DNA of 64,000 nucleotides, from positions 15,252,775 through 15,316,774 of the forward strand of contig NC_068993.1 in the NCBI RefSeq assembly GCF_001194135.2, written 5' to 3'. The notes below the pieces were generated by a model. That model ran no database searches and had not been told where the DNA came from. It saw only the letters and a program-made list of their open reading frames with translations. Below are positions 1 through 10,879 of the stretch, piece after piece (position 1 is the stretch's first letter; each line of letters starts with the position of its first letter). The position numbers and the translations under genes are program-made. Source of the DNA: Octopus bimaculoides (taxonomy: Eukaryota).

Positions 1-282
1 AGATAACTCGAATGTGGAATCTAAAAACAGAAACAATTCCTATCATAGTAGGTTCCTTAGGTATAATAAAAAAATATTCAGACAAATACATAACAAAAAC
101 ACCAGGACTTACAAATATATATAACATACAGAAAATTGCACTACTGGGTACTGCACACATTCTACGCAAAACACTTTCAATACAGTAAACATAAGAGCAC
201 CACAGCAAACCACAGCACATACCCAAGGCGCACAGAGCTGCGCTCGGTAGTGAAGTGAAAGCACGCTATAAAAATAAAACTA

Positions 283-314
<32 letters not shown>
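1..314 (+). mobile_element. 3' end of an R4/Dong-clade (RLE-type) non-LTR retrotransposon: ORF end, 3'UTR and (AAT)n tail
   Basis: ORF remnant followed by a ~100-nt 3'UTR with a small stem-loop (GCGCA-cagagc-TGCGC) and a (TAA)n tail at ~287-314. Dong elements are known to associate with TAA repeats. Confidence 0.85.
3..188 (+). pseudogene. C-terminal fragment of R4/Dong-type retrotransposon polyprotein, truncated by the window edge
   Basis: Translates without stops to ITRMWNLKTETIPIIVGSLGIIKKYSDKYITKTPGLTNIYNIQKIALLGTAHILRKTLSIQ*, matching the R4/Dong C-terminal pattern 'RMW..K...P(I/V)(I/V)(I/V)G(A/S)LG ... (I/L)QK.ALLGTA.ILRK'. Confidence 0.85.
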
Positions 315-1794
315 GACTCATAGAATAGAACCAGGGCGTATGTTTATTATTGGCATGATAATTCTCGCAAGATACAACAAATAAAGGGAGCGGCAGAAAG
401 ATTACCCCGATTTGAAAGATGAATAAAAACAAAAAACAAACATGAAGACACAAGAAAAAGCGATGCTATCCATTCCAGGCCATGGCGAGTACAAACCTGA
501 AACAGAAAAAAATACGGCATTTAATGACTTTCTTACAAATACAAACTTTCTTCATGCATTTTCATGTGTTTGTTTTATAACAACCTTTGAAATCGGGCCA
601 ACCTTTCTGCCGCCCCCTGTATTTGAAAATTTGAATAAAAAAGCTAGTTATATATTTTGACAATATGGCGCTCACTTAGTGACCCGGGTGTTTGTCTCAA
701 GATTATTGAGTCACAGATCACATTCCTAGATCAATGGGCGTGTTGCATCCCTGGCCTAGGCACTTCATTTCATGTTTTTTTAATGTCTACTTAGCTGGAG
801 ATGAGCGTCGTCTGAGTACAGGTGCTACTCACGTTTATTTTTTGTATGAGGTCGTATCTGTCTTGCTGGGTTAAAGGACTGCCAGAGCAGCCCCCATTTC
901 TTTTAGGTATTAGGTCCCGGTTGTGCCGCGTGGTTAAGGAGTGGGAAGTCCCAGAATGCTTCATTGTCTGGTTAGTGCTACATACGTAAAACGAAAGCAA
1001 GTACCAGAAACGTATGAGACTCAACCGTGTCATTCGCTTGCGAGTGACGTCTATCCTAATGTATATCTGTTTGTTTTTTTACTATTACGAAGGTTTTACT
1101 GGTTGCTCCCTATTATACCGCACTCTATCTTCAACATCACTGGCACCAGCATACGCAGGAACAGGAATCAAATATAATATCGCTTCTTCCTTCACTCTTC
1201 ACCACCAACAGTTATTATTTCTGATGTGTCAGCATGTAGGAGACACAGATTGATAGACAGAAGCACATTTCTCCGATTGTTCTTATAAAGCCCAGAGTTA
1301 TTCAAGACATTACCACCACGACTTGTTTATAAACGAGAATAAGATTCGGTTATGATTTTAATCCATGTCTTTGCATTGCTTGTTTATTCTACGCAGCTAG
1401 AATAATAGTGTTTAGATTCAAAGTAAGAAACAGAATGGAGAGACTGGACTGGCACAGCTAATAAATTCATGGGGGTGAGTATGTTCAGAAACGTATGTTT
1501 GTAAGTTGGAGAGGCAGTCATTTATAATTTCTTTTTTTTACGTTTTGTATTGTTATATTCGTTTCTCCGTATTTTTGTCTTGTTAAATACATCGCAAGAG
1601 GAAAGAGTATAAAGCAATAACATTTGCGACTATTTGCTTTTTCTGACAACCAGAATCTATGTTGCGTTAGTTTATTTAGTCTTTATTCCAAGTTTCGAAA
1701 ACCATATTCCTGTGCGTATGTATGGTATAAATTACTTTTCTAAGTATTTTCTCTAAATCTGTTTACTTCGATTCATACATAATACATACATATA

Positions 1795-1914
<120 letters not shown>

Positions 1915-2224
1915 TTTGTATGCATTTGCTAGTGTAATTCTCTGTGTAGATTGTTATTTGTGAATGGATGAACATGTATACGAATATATTGTAGAATGTC
2001 ATTGTGCTTATATGTGTGTGCGTGTATATATTATTCGTGTATGTTATTCTTTCAGATTCCAGAATACATCGGCAAAGACTATAAGAAATCATAACAAAGA
2101 TTCTCAGCCGTTGATTATTAATTCTGCAGAAACCATTCGTTGGGAAAATATATGGTAAAGCCTCATGAAATTAAGCAAACGAAGAATACAGGTACGCTCA
2201 TCTCCGAAATCTTCTTCCACTTCC

Positions 2225-2410
2225 TCGACATCCTTGTTGTTGTTGTCATCGTCGTTTTCGTTATCATCATCATCATCATTTTTCTTTTCTTCTTCCTTCT
2301 CTGTGCCCCTCCTCCCCTTATAATCAGCAATTTCGTCGTCGTCGTCGTCGTTTTCGTCGCCGTCATCATCATCATAGTCCTCATCATCTTTGTCATCTCG
2401 TTCATCAAAT
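2225..2410. repeat. Degenerate compound trinucleotide tract (GTT/GTC/ATC/TTC)
   Basis: Low-complexity triplets; source of ORFs 2140-2430 and 2163-2408. Confidence 0.85.
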
Positions 2411-2496
2411 GCGTTATGCCAATTCTTTAGATTCTGATTTCAGTCCTCACCGTAGCCAGGTTTGCCATTCACCCTTTTGAGAATCGATAAAATAAT

Positions 2497-2564
<68 letters not shown>
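2497..2564. repeat. (CTA)n microsatellite
   Basis: Direct reading. Confidence 0.97.
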
Positions 2565-2863
2565 GCATACTGTGTGCTTCAGATTTTATATCCTGTATGG
2601 TCGGGCCCAATTTATGAACTGGAGGCGCTGAAGAGAAAATGTTACAATCTATGTTATACAAGCTATCCCAAACAGAGCGATATTCTGAATTAGGTGGTTA
2701 TAAAGGTTGCCTAGGCAACTGGGTAAAGTCGCAGAAAGCTGATAACCAATGGCATTATTCCAGTTTTCATAGTTCACTTTCTGCTGGTTTTGAATTCCAG
2801 ATCTTTTTACTAAGATTCTCTATGACTTTCACAAGGCACTTTTTCCCGATAATATTATTCTTC

Positions 2864-3088
2864 AAGGCGGCGAGCTGGCAGAAACGTTAGCACACCGGGC
2901 GAAATACTTAGCGATATTTCGTCTGTCTTTACGTTCTGAGTTCAATTTCCGCCGAGGTCGACTTTACCTTTTATCATTTCGGGGTCGATAAATCAAGTAC
3001 CAGTTGCGTACTGAGGTCGATGTAATCGACTGGCCCCTCCCCAAAGATTTCAGGCCTTATGCCTAGAATAGAAAAGAATATTGTTATT
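2864..3088 (+). mobile_element. tRNA-derived SINE, family A, near full length
   Basis: AAGGCGGCGAGC-TGGCAGAAACGTTAG (A box-like) ... GAGTTCAATTTCC (B box-like), central GACTTT.CCTTT.ATC.TTTCGGGGTCGATAAAT.AAGTACCAG, and ATT-rich tail; many homologous copies in the window. Confidence 0.9.
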
Positions 3089-3790
3089 CTTTAATTCAGT
3101 TATGCGTTTCAGCCCAAATGGTTGTGGCCATACTGGGGCATGTCGATAAATAACCAACTTCTATCTTTCTTGTCCTTCGTAATGATACTAGACTAATTTG
3201 GCTTTATCTTTCTACTAGTGTGAATAGCTATTCAGTAGATTATGGTAATATCCTTGCGGCAAATAACTGTGTGTAGCTGATGAACGTATCATCTCTTTGC
3301 TATCCTGATCTTGTAATTTCTCTATTTCTTCCATTGCAGACACACTGCTGCCTTTCAGACTACCAATGAAAATGTTGTCTATGGTCTCTTCTAGTTTTTC
3401 ACAAACCTTTGTAGATCAGTAACGCCTTTCATAGTGACAAAACCTAATTGTGAGATTCCGATACGTTTTGTAAACTGGGTATATTAGGCTACTGCTTTCA
3501 TTTTCACTCTCGTGCTCCTTAGACATTTGTGGATCTTCTACTGGATCTTAGACATTTGTGGATCTTCATTTGTGAATCGTCTGCTGTTTTCTCTTTAGAC
3601 ACGTTCCATTCATATCTTCTCCTTCCAGGATTTCTCTATTTGCAGCCGGCTTTAGTGTTTTGCATTCAGGTTCACTAGTTTAAAACAAACGACAGTAAAC
3701 TTGTTTTCCATCTGTGGCGTGTCTGAGGTACCAAATTAGTTTTTGGAATAGCTTTGTTTTGTTCTTGATTGAGGACATCATGTATATTCT

Positions 3791-3974
3791 TTTCTTTTCT
3801 ACTCTAGGCACAAGGCCCGAAATTTTGAGGGAGTACGCAACTGTTACCTAATTTATAGACCCCGAAAGGATGAAAGGCAAAGTAGACCTCGGTGGAATTT
3901 GAACTGAGACCTTAAAAACAGACAAAATACCGCTAAGTATTTCGCCCGGTGTGTTAATGTTTCTCCCATCTCGC
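3791..3974 (-). mobile_element. SINE family A, diverged copy
   Basis: Reverse-complement homology to 2864-3088. Confidence 0.85.
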
Positions 3975-4005
3975 ATTGTTATCATCATTGTCATTATTAT
4001 TAACA

Positions 4006-4134
4006 ACGAGGTCGATTCTACATTTCATCCTTCAGGGGCGATAAATTAAGTACCAGTTGAACACTGGGGTCGATGTAATTGACTCATCTCCTGCCCTCAA
4101 ATTGCTGCCCTTGTTGAAAAATTTAAAGCCATTA

Positions 4135-4219
<85 letters not shown>

Positions 4220-4440
4220 CAAGGTAGTGAGCTGGCAGAATCGTTAGAAGGCCGGGCAAAATGCTTAGCGGTATTTCGGCTCTCTTTATGTTCTGAGTGC
4301 AATTTTCACCGATAAATAAGTACCAGTTGAGCACTGGGGTCGATGTAATCGATTTGCCCCTCTCCATAAATTTCAGGCCTTGTGCCTAGAGTAGAAAAGA
4401 TTATTATTATTAGTAATAAAATTATCATCATTATTATTAT
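4006..4440 (+). mobile_element. Two family A SINE copies separated by an (ATT)n tract (~4131-4219)
   Basis: 5'-truncated copy, then (ATT)~30, then a copy starting AAGGTAGTGAGCTGGCAGAATCGTTAG and ending AGAAAAGATTATTATT. Confidence 0.88.
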
Positions 4441-4842
4441 TTGGTTGGGTGGCATAATCCGCAAAAACATTCTTGTAGTTATGGAATTTGAGAAAAAAAA
4501 AATTCCTGTAAAACTTTATTCATATCACAAATACTTTATTTGACAATTTTCTGGTCATCCTGATCATTTAAGTTACAAAACTGCAGTAAATACTGCACAT
4601 TGTAGATATGTTTAGTAAATGAATCATATTTCATTGGACTTCGTCCTGGGGCATGATTTACGCTAGATTTCATTATTTGATCATTATTTCATGAGGTACT
4701 AACATCTAATGAAATATAATCACTTTTCTTTTTTTTCTTTTTGCCTGACATTTCTGAATATAGAAATTCAACGAAATCCGTATACCGAACCATAAGTAAA
4801 CGAATTAAGTTTTTTTTTAATCATCATACTTATATGACATTC

Positions 4843-4885
<43 letters not shown>

Positions 4886-6357
4886 TAGATGGATAGATAG
4901 ATAGATAGATACACACGCACATCTATATATGTACATATATATATATATATATATATACATATATATATNNNNNNNNNNNNNNNNNNNNNNNNNNNNNNNN
5001 NNNNNNNNNNNNNNNNNNNNNNNNNNNNNNNNNNNNNNNNNNNNNNNNNNNNNNNNNNNNNNNNNNNNNNNNNNNNNNNNNNNNNNNNNNNNNNNNNNNN
5101 NNNNNNNNNNNNNNNNNTATATATGCATACATACATATATTTATATGCATGCATATATATATATATGCATACATACATGTGTGTGTTTATGCATGTTTGT
5201 ATGGATGTATGTGTCTATCTATATATATACGTATGTGTATATATATATCTATATATATATGTGTATATATATTTGTATATATACTTATATATGTATATAC
5301 ATTCATACATACATACATACATACATACATACCTACTTACATGCATACAAGCATACAAGCATACATACATGCATACATACATACATACGTAAGCTTCGCA
5401 AATTAAATATTCTCTTAGTTATTAAAAACAGAATTGTCTAGACACATTTTTATCGCATCATAAAATATTCTAAAAGTGTTTTTCTGATATGAACAGGATA
5501 TAATATATGCATATATTTGAAGAATTCTGGCACATGGTGTCTCTTACGTAAAGTCTCGGAGTTACACCATTTTTTAAAAAATAATCATTATCTTTTTATC
5601 ATTACCAGCCACAAGTGTCGTTACGATATGATGTTAACCAAAATAAATATAGTATTTAGCCACAGAGATCTCAATCCCCTCATTGCTATATGAGGTAAAT
5701 GATATCAGGTGCTGTACGACGAAATGTCTACAATCCAAATTACCTCGGAGCTTATGAGTTTCTAGTTATTTGCTAGTATAATGCGCAGTCGCTTGTTTTG
5801 TTTCAAAAACAACTTAATTATTCTTTTCATATATGTAGACAAATTAATAATTTAATATTGAATGTTTTGTCGCCAGTAGCAACGAGAAGCTGTGATCAAT
5901 ATTATTTAACTTAACTAGTAAAACTTACATTGAATAAACTGCGAACCTTTCTGGAGACATTTGTTGTTAGATGAACATATAGATGTTTTATGGTGTACCA
6001 CGTATGAGATATGTACTGTACTTAGAACCATGATTTGATGTGTACAGCTACTATTTAATAAAGTAGCGTCGTTATGTAACTAACAGAAGTTCTACTAGTC
6101 TGAAATGCCTAACCTTTGTTGCATGTTCCAGTCCTAGACAACTGAAACCTTCTGCAATATGACATGGCGAAGAGATTCTCATAAAACTACTAAAAACAAC
6201 TAAGCATTCAAAACTGCTTGACATAAATATTAATCGTATACTATATGTTAAAGAAAGTAAAATATTGTATATTAAGGTGTGAATAGGACCAGAGAGAAGG
6301 TATAAATAAGCTTAAGGTGACTGCCCGCTTCTCTGATTTCTGTGGTCTTAAGGTACT

Positions 6358-6490
6358 GAGTCGGTAGAACATTTAGTATGCCGGAAAAAAAATGCTTAGT
6401 AGCATTTCATCCCCTTTTACGGTTTGAATAGAAATTTCGACGAGCTTGACTTTGCCTTTCATCCTTTCGTAGTGGATGGAATAAGTACCA
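6358..6490 (+). mobile_element. SINE family A fragment
   Basis: ATGCTTAG and GACTTTGCCTTTCATCCTTTCG motifs. Confidence 0.75.
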
Positions 6491-6504
6491 AAAAATAAAT
6501 ATTA

Positions 6505-6835
6505 ATAAAAAGAGAAAAGGGTAAAGAGCTCCTTCGGTCATGTATGACCACGAGATTGCACCTAGAAAGTTACCCTCCAAGGCACAAGTCCAGGCAAGGT
6601 GGTTTATAGAAAACCAGTAGTCGCCCATGCATACCAGCCTCTTTTCTCCATGCTACCAATGTTATCCAAGGGAAACCCCAAGTCCGATACAGCTTGGCAC
6701 CAGTGATGTCGCAACTTAGTTCTACAGCTGAGTGAGCTAGAGCAAGGTGGAACAATCACATAACACATAACCCGGTACGGGATTCAAACTCACTACCTCC
6801 TGATTGTGAGCCCGACGCTCTAACCACTGAGACAT
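6505..6835 (-). mobile_element. tRNA-derived SINE with family B-type head/core and a distinct tail
   Basis: Reverse strand has CTCAGTGGTTAGAGCGTC (A box-like), GAGTTTGAATCCC (B box-like) and CTCACTCAGCTG core similar to 37805-38130; 3' portion differs. Confidence 0.7.
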
Positions 6836-6972
6836 AAATGGTTACATTACTGATAAGAACATATGCGCTAATGTTTTGCTAAATACGGTTTACTAAATAC
6901 GGTCATTGACCTTAATTCTGCTCTGAATTAAGGTCTGGTTTACATCTAATTAACCTCAGCGATATCTAACTC

Positions 6973-7308
6973 TTTGCCAGCCATATGGTTCCAGATTCAC
7001 TCCCACTGCGTGGCACCTTCGAGAAGTCTCTACTACAATAGCCTCGAGCCAACCAAAGCTTTGTGAGTGGATTTGGTAGACGGAAACTGAAAGAAGTCCA
7101 TCGTATATGTGTGAGTGTGTTATTTGTCCCCTACCATCGCTTCACAACCGGTATGGTTGTGTTTACTTCTCTGTAGCCTAGTGGTTCGGAAAGAGAGTTC
7201 GATAAAATAAGTACTAAGCTTAAAAAAAACACTGGTGTCGACTCGATCTACTAAATGTTTTGTAATGTGGTATCTACATGGCCGTAGTCTAATGACTGAA
7301 TCAAAAGG
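6973..7308 (+). mobile_element. SINE family C (CORE-like, internal microsatellite)
   Basis: CCCACTGCGTGGCACCTT ... GTGAGTGGATTTGGTAGACGGAAACTGAAAGAAG ... ATGGCCGTAGTCTAATGACTGAA; homologous to 24583-24980 and 49735-50146. Confidence 0.88.
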
Positions 7309-7371
7309 AAGAGAGAGAGAGAGAGGGGAAGAAAGAGAGAGGGGAGAAAGAGAGAGAGGAGTAGAAGGAGA

Positions 7372-7532
7372 GAGGGGGAGAAAGAGATAGAGGAGGAGAA
7401 AGAGATAGAGGAGGAGAAAGAGATAGAGGAGGAGAAAGAGATAGAGGANNNNNNNNNNAGAGGAGGAGAAAGAGATAGAGGAGGAGAAAGAGATAGAGGA
7501 GGAGAAAGAGATAGAGGAGGAGAAAGAGAGAC
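7372..7532. repeat. 18-bp minisatellite (GAGGAGGAGAAAGAGATA)n interrupted by a 10-N gap
   Basis: About 8 units by direct reading. Confidence 0.92.
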
Positions 7533-8193
7533 AGAGAGATGTATTCCATTCAACAGAGACCCATATATGTACAGGGTAGAAAGGAAAACCACATCGGTGT
7601 TCATTTAAACTCAGAACAGTAAGAGACCAAGAAACTAAATATATTTAGACATTTGATCACATACCACAATCTACTATTCCACTTCACCAAATGAAAAAAA
7701 GCCTGTGATATTAATTCAAATAAGTAATTCTGTTGAAAATTAAATAGGAAAAGCCTTGACAAATAAGATTTTAAAAAGTGATTATTCTGGAAGTCAACAA
7801 GAAAGCTTCTAAAACATTCTTATTCTGTTTTGTATTTTATAATATAACAAAAACAGAATAGTGTTACAACACATTATTTAATTATTTATTGTCATATCTT
7901 TTTCCTCTTTGTCTATTATCTAATCTTCTGCAAGTATTTAATGGGATGTCAGTAGTAGCAGCATCCATTATCGGTTCAATCAACAGTATTTAACCAAAAA
8001 AGGAAAGCTATAAAAATAATTCTACATATTACGTTTGTCCGTGTGTATGTGTGTGTGTGTGTGCGTGCGCACGTGTGTGTATATTGATGTATACATACTG
8101 AGTGCTGGTCATCTCGCTTTGGCCTGTCATTTGGTACTCAGAGTGCTACTCGTGTTTTACAAGTATTAACCGCTATAATCCAGTGACATACAG

Positions 8194-8363
8194 ATGTCTC
8201 TTTATCGTGACTTTATTCGTCATTCCATCCACGGAATCTTCTCTGGCGATCGAAGAGTGTCGACGGTGTGCAGAACTCTACCAGTCGGGAACTCACCTAT
8301 GTTCCAAGCCATGCAGATCCGCAAGCAACGATACTTGAATAGTCATCTGAGAGGTCACAGACG
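8194..8363 (+). CDS. Candidate first coding exon of an unidentified gene
   Basis: ATG with in-frame TAA upstream (8176-8178), 56 open codons MSLYRDFIRHSIHGIFSGDRRVSTVCRTLPVGNSPMFQAMQIRKQRYLNSHLRGHR, then a consensus donor CG|GTAAGT (phase 2); less AT-rich than its surroundings. No homologue recognised. Confidence 0.35.
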
Positions 8364-8492
8364 GTAAGTGAGAAACACTATGGATAACGACAAAGCACAA
8401 GTAAACGGTAATCACCTGTATATATTGACTGGTATGTGTGCATCTGTGAACACATACAAACAATTGCACACACATGCACACAAACAAACAAA

Positions 8493-8569
<77 letters not shown>

Positions 8570-8680
8570 NNNNNNNNNNNNNNNNNNNNNNNNNNNNNNN
8601 NNNNNNNNNNNNNNNNNNNNNNNNNNNNNNNNNNNNNNNNNNNNNNNNNNNNNNNNNNNNNNNNNNNNNNNNNNNNNNNN

Positions 8681-8713
<33 letters not shown>

Positions 8714-8744
8714 CATTCTCGGAATGGTTGGCGTTAGGGTTAGG

Positions 8745-9785
8745 GTATCCAGAAGAAATTTTCATTGGTCATTGGTTAAAACAGTCATCGACGTCAAGTG
8801 TGACGTCATCGTCATTGTGATAATGGCTACCAGCCAACTGTTGTTTTTTTTTGTTTTCTTTTTGTTTTTTTTTCATGTTGGGAAACAGATGATAGTCAGA
8901 TGGGGCCAAATCAGGAGAAGAGAGTGGATGGTCAAACAATTCAAATTCACAGTCACTCACTGTAGAGATTGAAACTAATGCCTTATATGCTGCAGCATTA
9001 CCCTGTTGAAAGAAAAGCACTTTTGTCCATTTTCCCGGGTCATTTGGTCTTGATGGGTGTTGTGCTCCTGTCGAAGGTTGTCAATAACACACTTCCCCGA
9101 TGATGAAAAGAATTTGGCCATCTTTGGAGCAAGCGAGGAGCGGTGTTTCCACTACATGGATCGTCTCTTTCTCTCTGTCTCAAAGTGATACAGAAAATAC
9201 TCATGATTTACATAATGTTCAAAGTAAACAGCTGGATCTACATCTATAATTGTCAAATTTTTCCGTGGTGTGATCAGCTTGGTGTGCTTTTTTGTTCAGG
9301 TGTCAGCAGATACCTTCATTATGCTAAATTCATTATGCATTCGCAACTTTCTCCCGGGATATGCTAATAGCATTGGCTGTTTCGTGTATAATCTATCACC
9401 TGTCATCCATCAACACGTGATGAACAGAATCAATGTTTTCCTCATTAGCGGGAGTTGCAAAACGTCTAAACTTTGGCTCATCTTCAAGCCTCTCTGTTTT
9501 TCACGAAAATTCAGCTGCCCAATTTTGCACTGTTGAAAAAGCCGGAACGTCATCCGATAATGTATCAACCATATCAGCGTTAATGTCGTTGGAGGATAAC
9601 AACACGATACCAAGAGCAGTCGCAACTATTTACATTTGAAGTCATATTTCAACAGTCAGTTTTCAGTTTACCTGGACAGCAACAATGCCATTAATGATGA
9701 GAATTGGAATTAACGCATGCAAGATATCACAGCTGTAGCGTCACTCCTTCATAGTCAGTCTATGACCTTTTCAGCCCACTCTCCA

Positions 9786-9788
<3 letters not shown>
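8745..9788 (-). mobile_element. Decayed mariner (Tc1/mariner) transposon, family 1: 5' TIR plus most of the transposase
   Basis: Reverse strand: TA-CTGGAGAGTGGGCTGAAAAGGTCATAG TIR; N-terminal DINADMVDTLSDDVPAFSTVQNWAAEF..ERLEDEP; central HFETERKRRSM*WKHRSSLAPK; C-terminal QQGNA..HPLSSPDLAPSDYHLFPNMKK..NDDDV. Stops, frameshifts and deletions throughout. Confidence 0.92.
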
Positions 9789-9819
<31 letters not shown>

Positions 9820-9822
9820 AAT

Positions 9823-10066
9823 AAATGGGCCCTTTTAAAGCCTAGCCAGGCTCTTGGGCCCCAGTTTCTATGGCGTTTGTGCTCCCTAGCAGGATGGGAC
9901 GCCAGTCCATCGAAGCGTTACTCATTTTTGCCAGCTGAGTGGATTGAAGCAACGTGAAATGAAGTATTTTGCTGAAGAACACAACGCGTCGTCCTGTCCA
10001 GGAACCGAAACCACAACCTTACGATCACAATGCTGACACCCTAATCACTAAGACACGCGCCTCCAC
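9823..10066 (-). mobile_element. SINE with family B-type head and V-domain-like tail
   Basis: Reverse strand: GGAGGCGCGTGTCTTAGTGATTAGG head, TTGTGTTCTTCAGCAAAATACTTCATTTCACGTTGCT core, CGATGGACTGGCGTCCCATCC (V-SINE-like from memory); same tail piece at 47832-47905. Confidence 0.82.
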
Positions 10067-10227
10067 ATATATATGCAGGTATGTATACATGTACAGATAT
10101 ACATATACATAAACATACTTATATCAAAATACATAAAGATATGTCTGTGTAGTGGGTGTTGCAGAAATAAATAAAATACAAAGATGAGAAACGCCGCATT
10201 ACTTTGACGTTCAGGTAAACTGGAACA

Positions 10228-10270
10228 GGTCTTTAACGTTTCGAGCCTACGCTCTTCTACAGAAGAGGAG
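10228..10270 (-). ncRNA. Degenerate minimal type I hammerhead ribozyme motif, Penelope-type
   Basis: Reverse strand CTGTAGA-A-GAGC-GTAG-GCTC-GAAA-CGTT: stem II and GAAA intact, core reads CUGUAGA instead of CUGANGA. Confidence 0.5.
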
Positions 10271-10844
10271 AGTTGAGGAGAGATGGCGAGAGAGAAAAAA
10301 TGGAGAGAGAAAACTACGTGTCAGTGTCGTACACAACGATAAAATGTAATCTATTCATGGAAGACGAAAGCCCAAAGTAAAGTAATTAAAATAGTATTAC
10401 AGAATTGCGTAATTCAGTCAGAATAATATTTATGACGAATATATGTCTGCAGCATTCGTAATAAACCAGACAGTGAGCAAATAAAGAGAACTAGATGTGA
10501 CGAGATTTAAGATAGAGATAGTTGAGTATGGAGACTGTTCAATAGAAAAGTTAGTGTTTCATTATTGAGAAGATAGGTTTATATTTACTAACACATGGGT
10601 ATGTGCATGCAGTCGTATACAGAAATGCTCGGAAGATTATATACATTGACATACACATGTGTGTGTATGTGTGTTTGTTTGTGTGTGTGTGTATGTGTGT
10701 GTGTGTGTGTGTGCGTGTGTGTGTGTGTGTGTGTCTGTATGTGAATTCTTGTGTGTAGATGTTTATTCTATAGCTCTCTTGCAAAGCATGATGCGCAGTT
10801 ATTTTCTTTCCAGCTGACTAACTATACATACATATATACACACA

Positions 10845-10879
<35 letters not shown>

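Noticed and set aside
3160-3780. Minus-strand processed pseudogene
   Set aside because: Purine-rich protein-like fragments, but broken by stops and with no recognisable family; also contains a trivial 29-bp-period duplication (3519-3567).
8734-8745. Interstitial telomere (TTAGGG)2
   Set aside because: Only two units; not distinguishable from chance.
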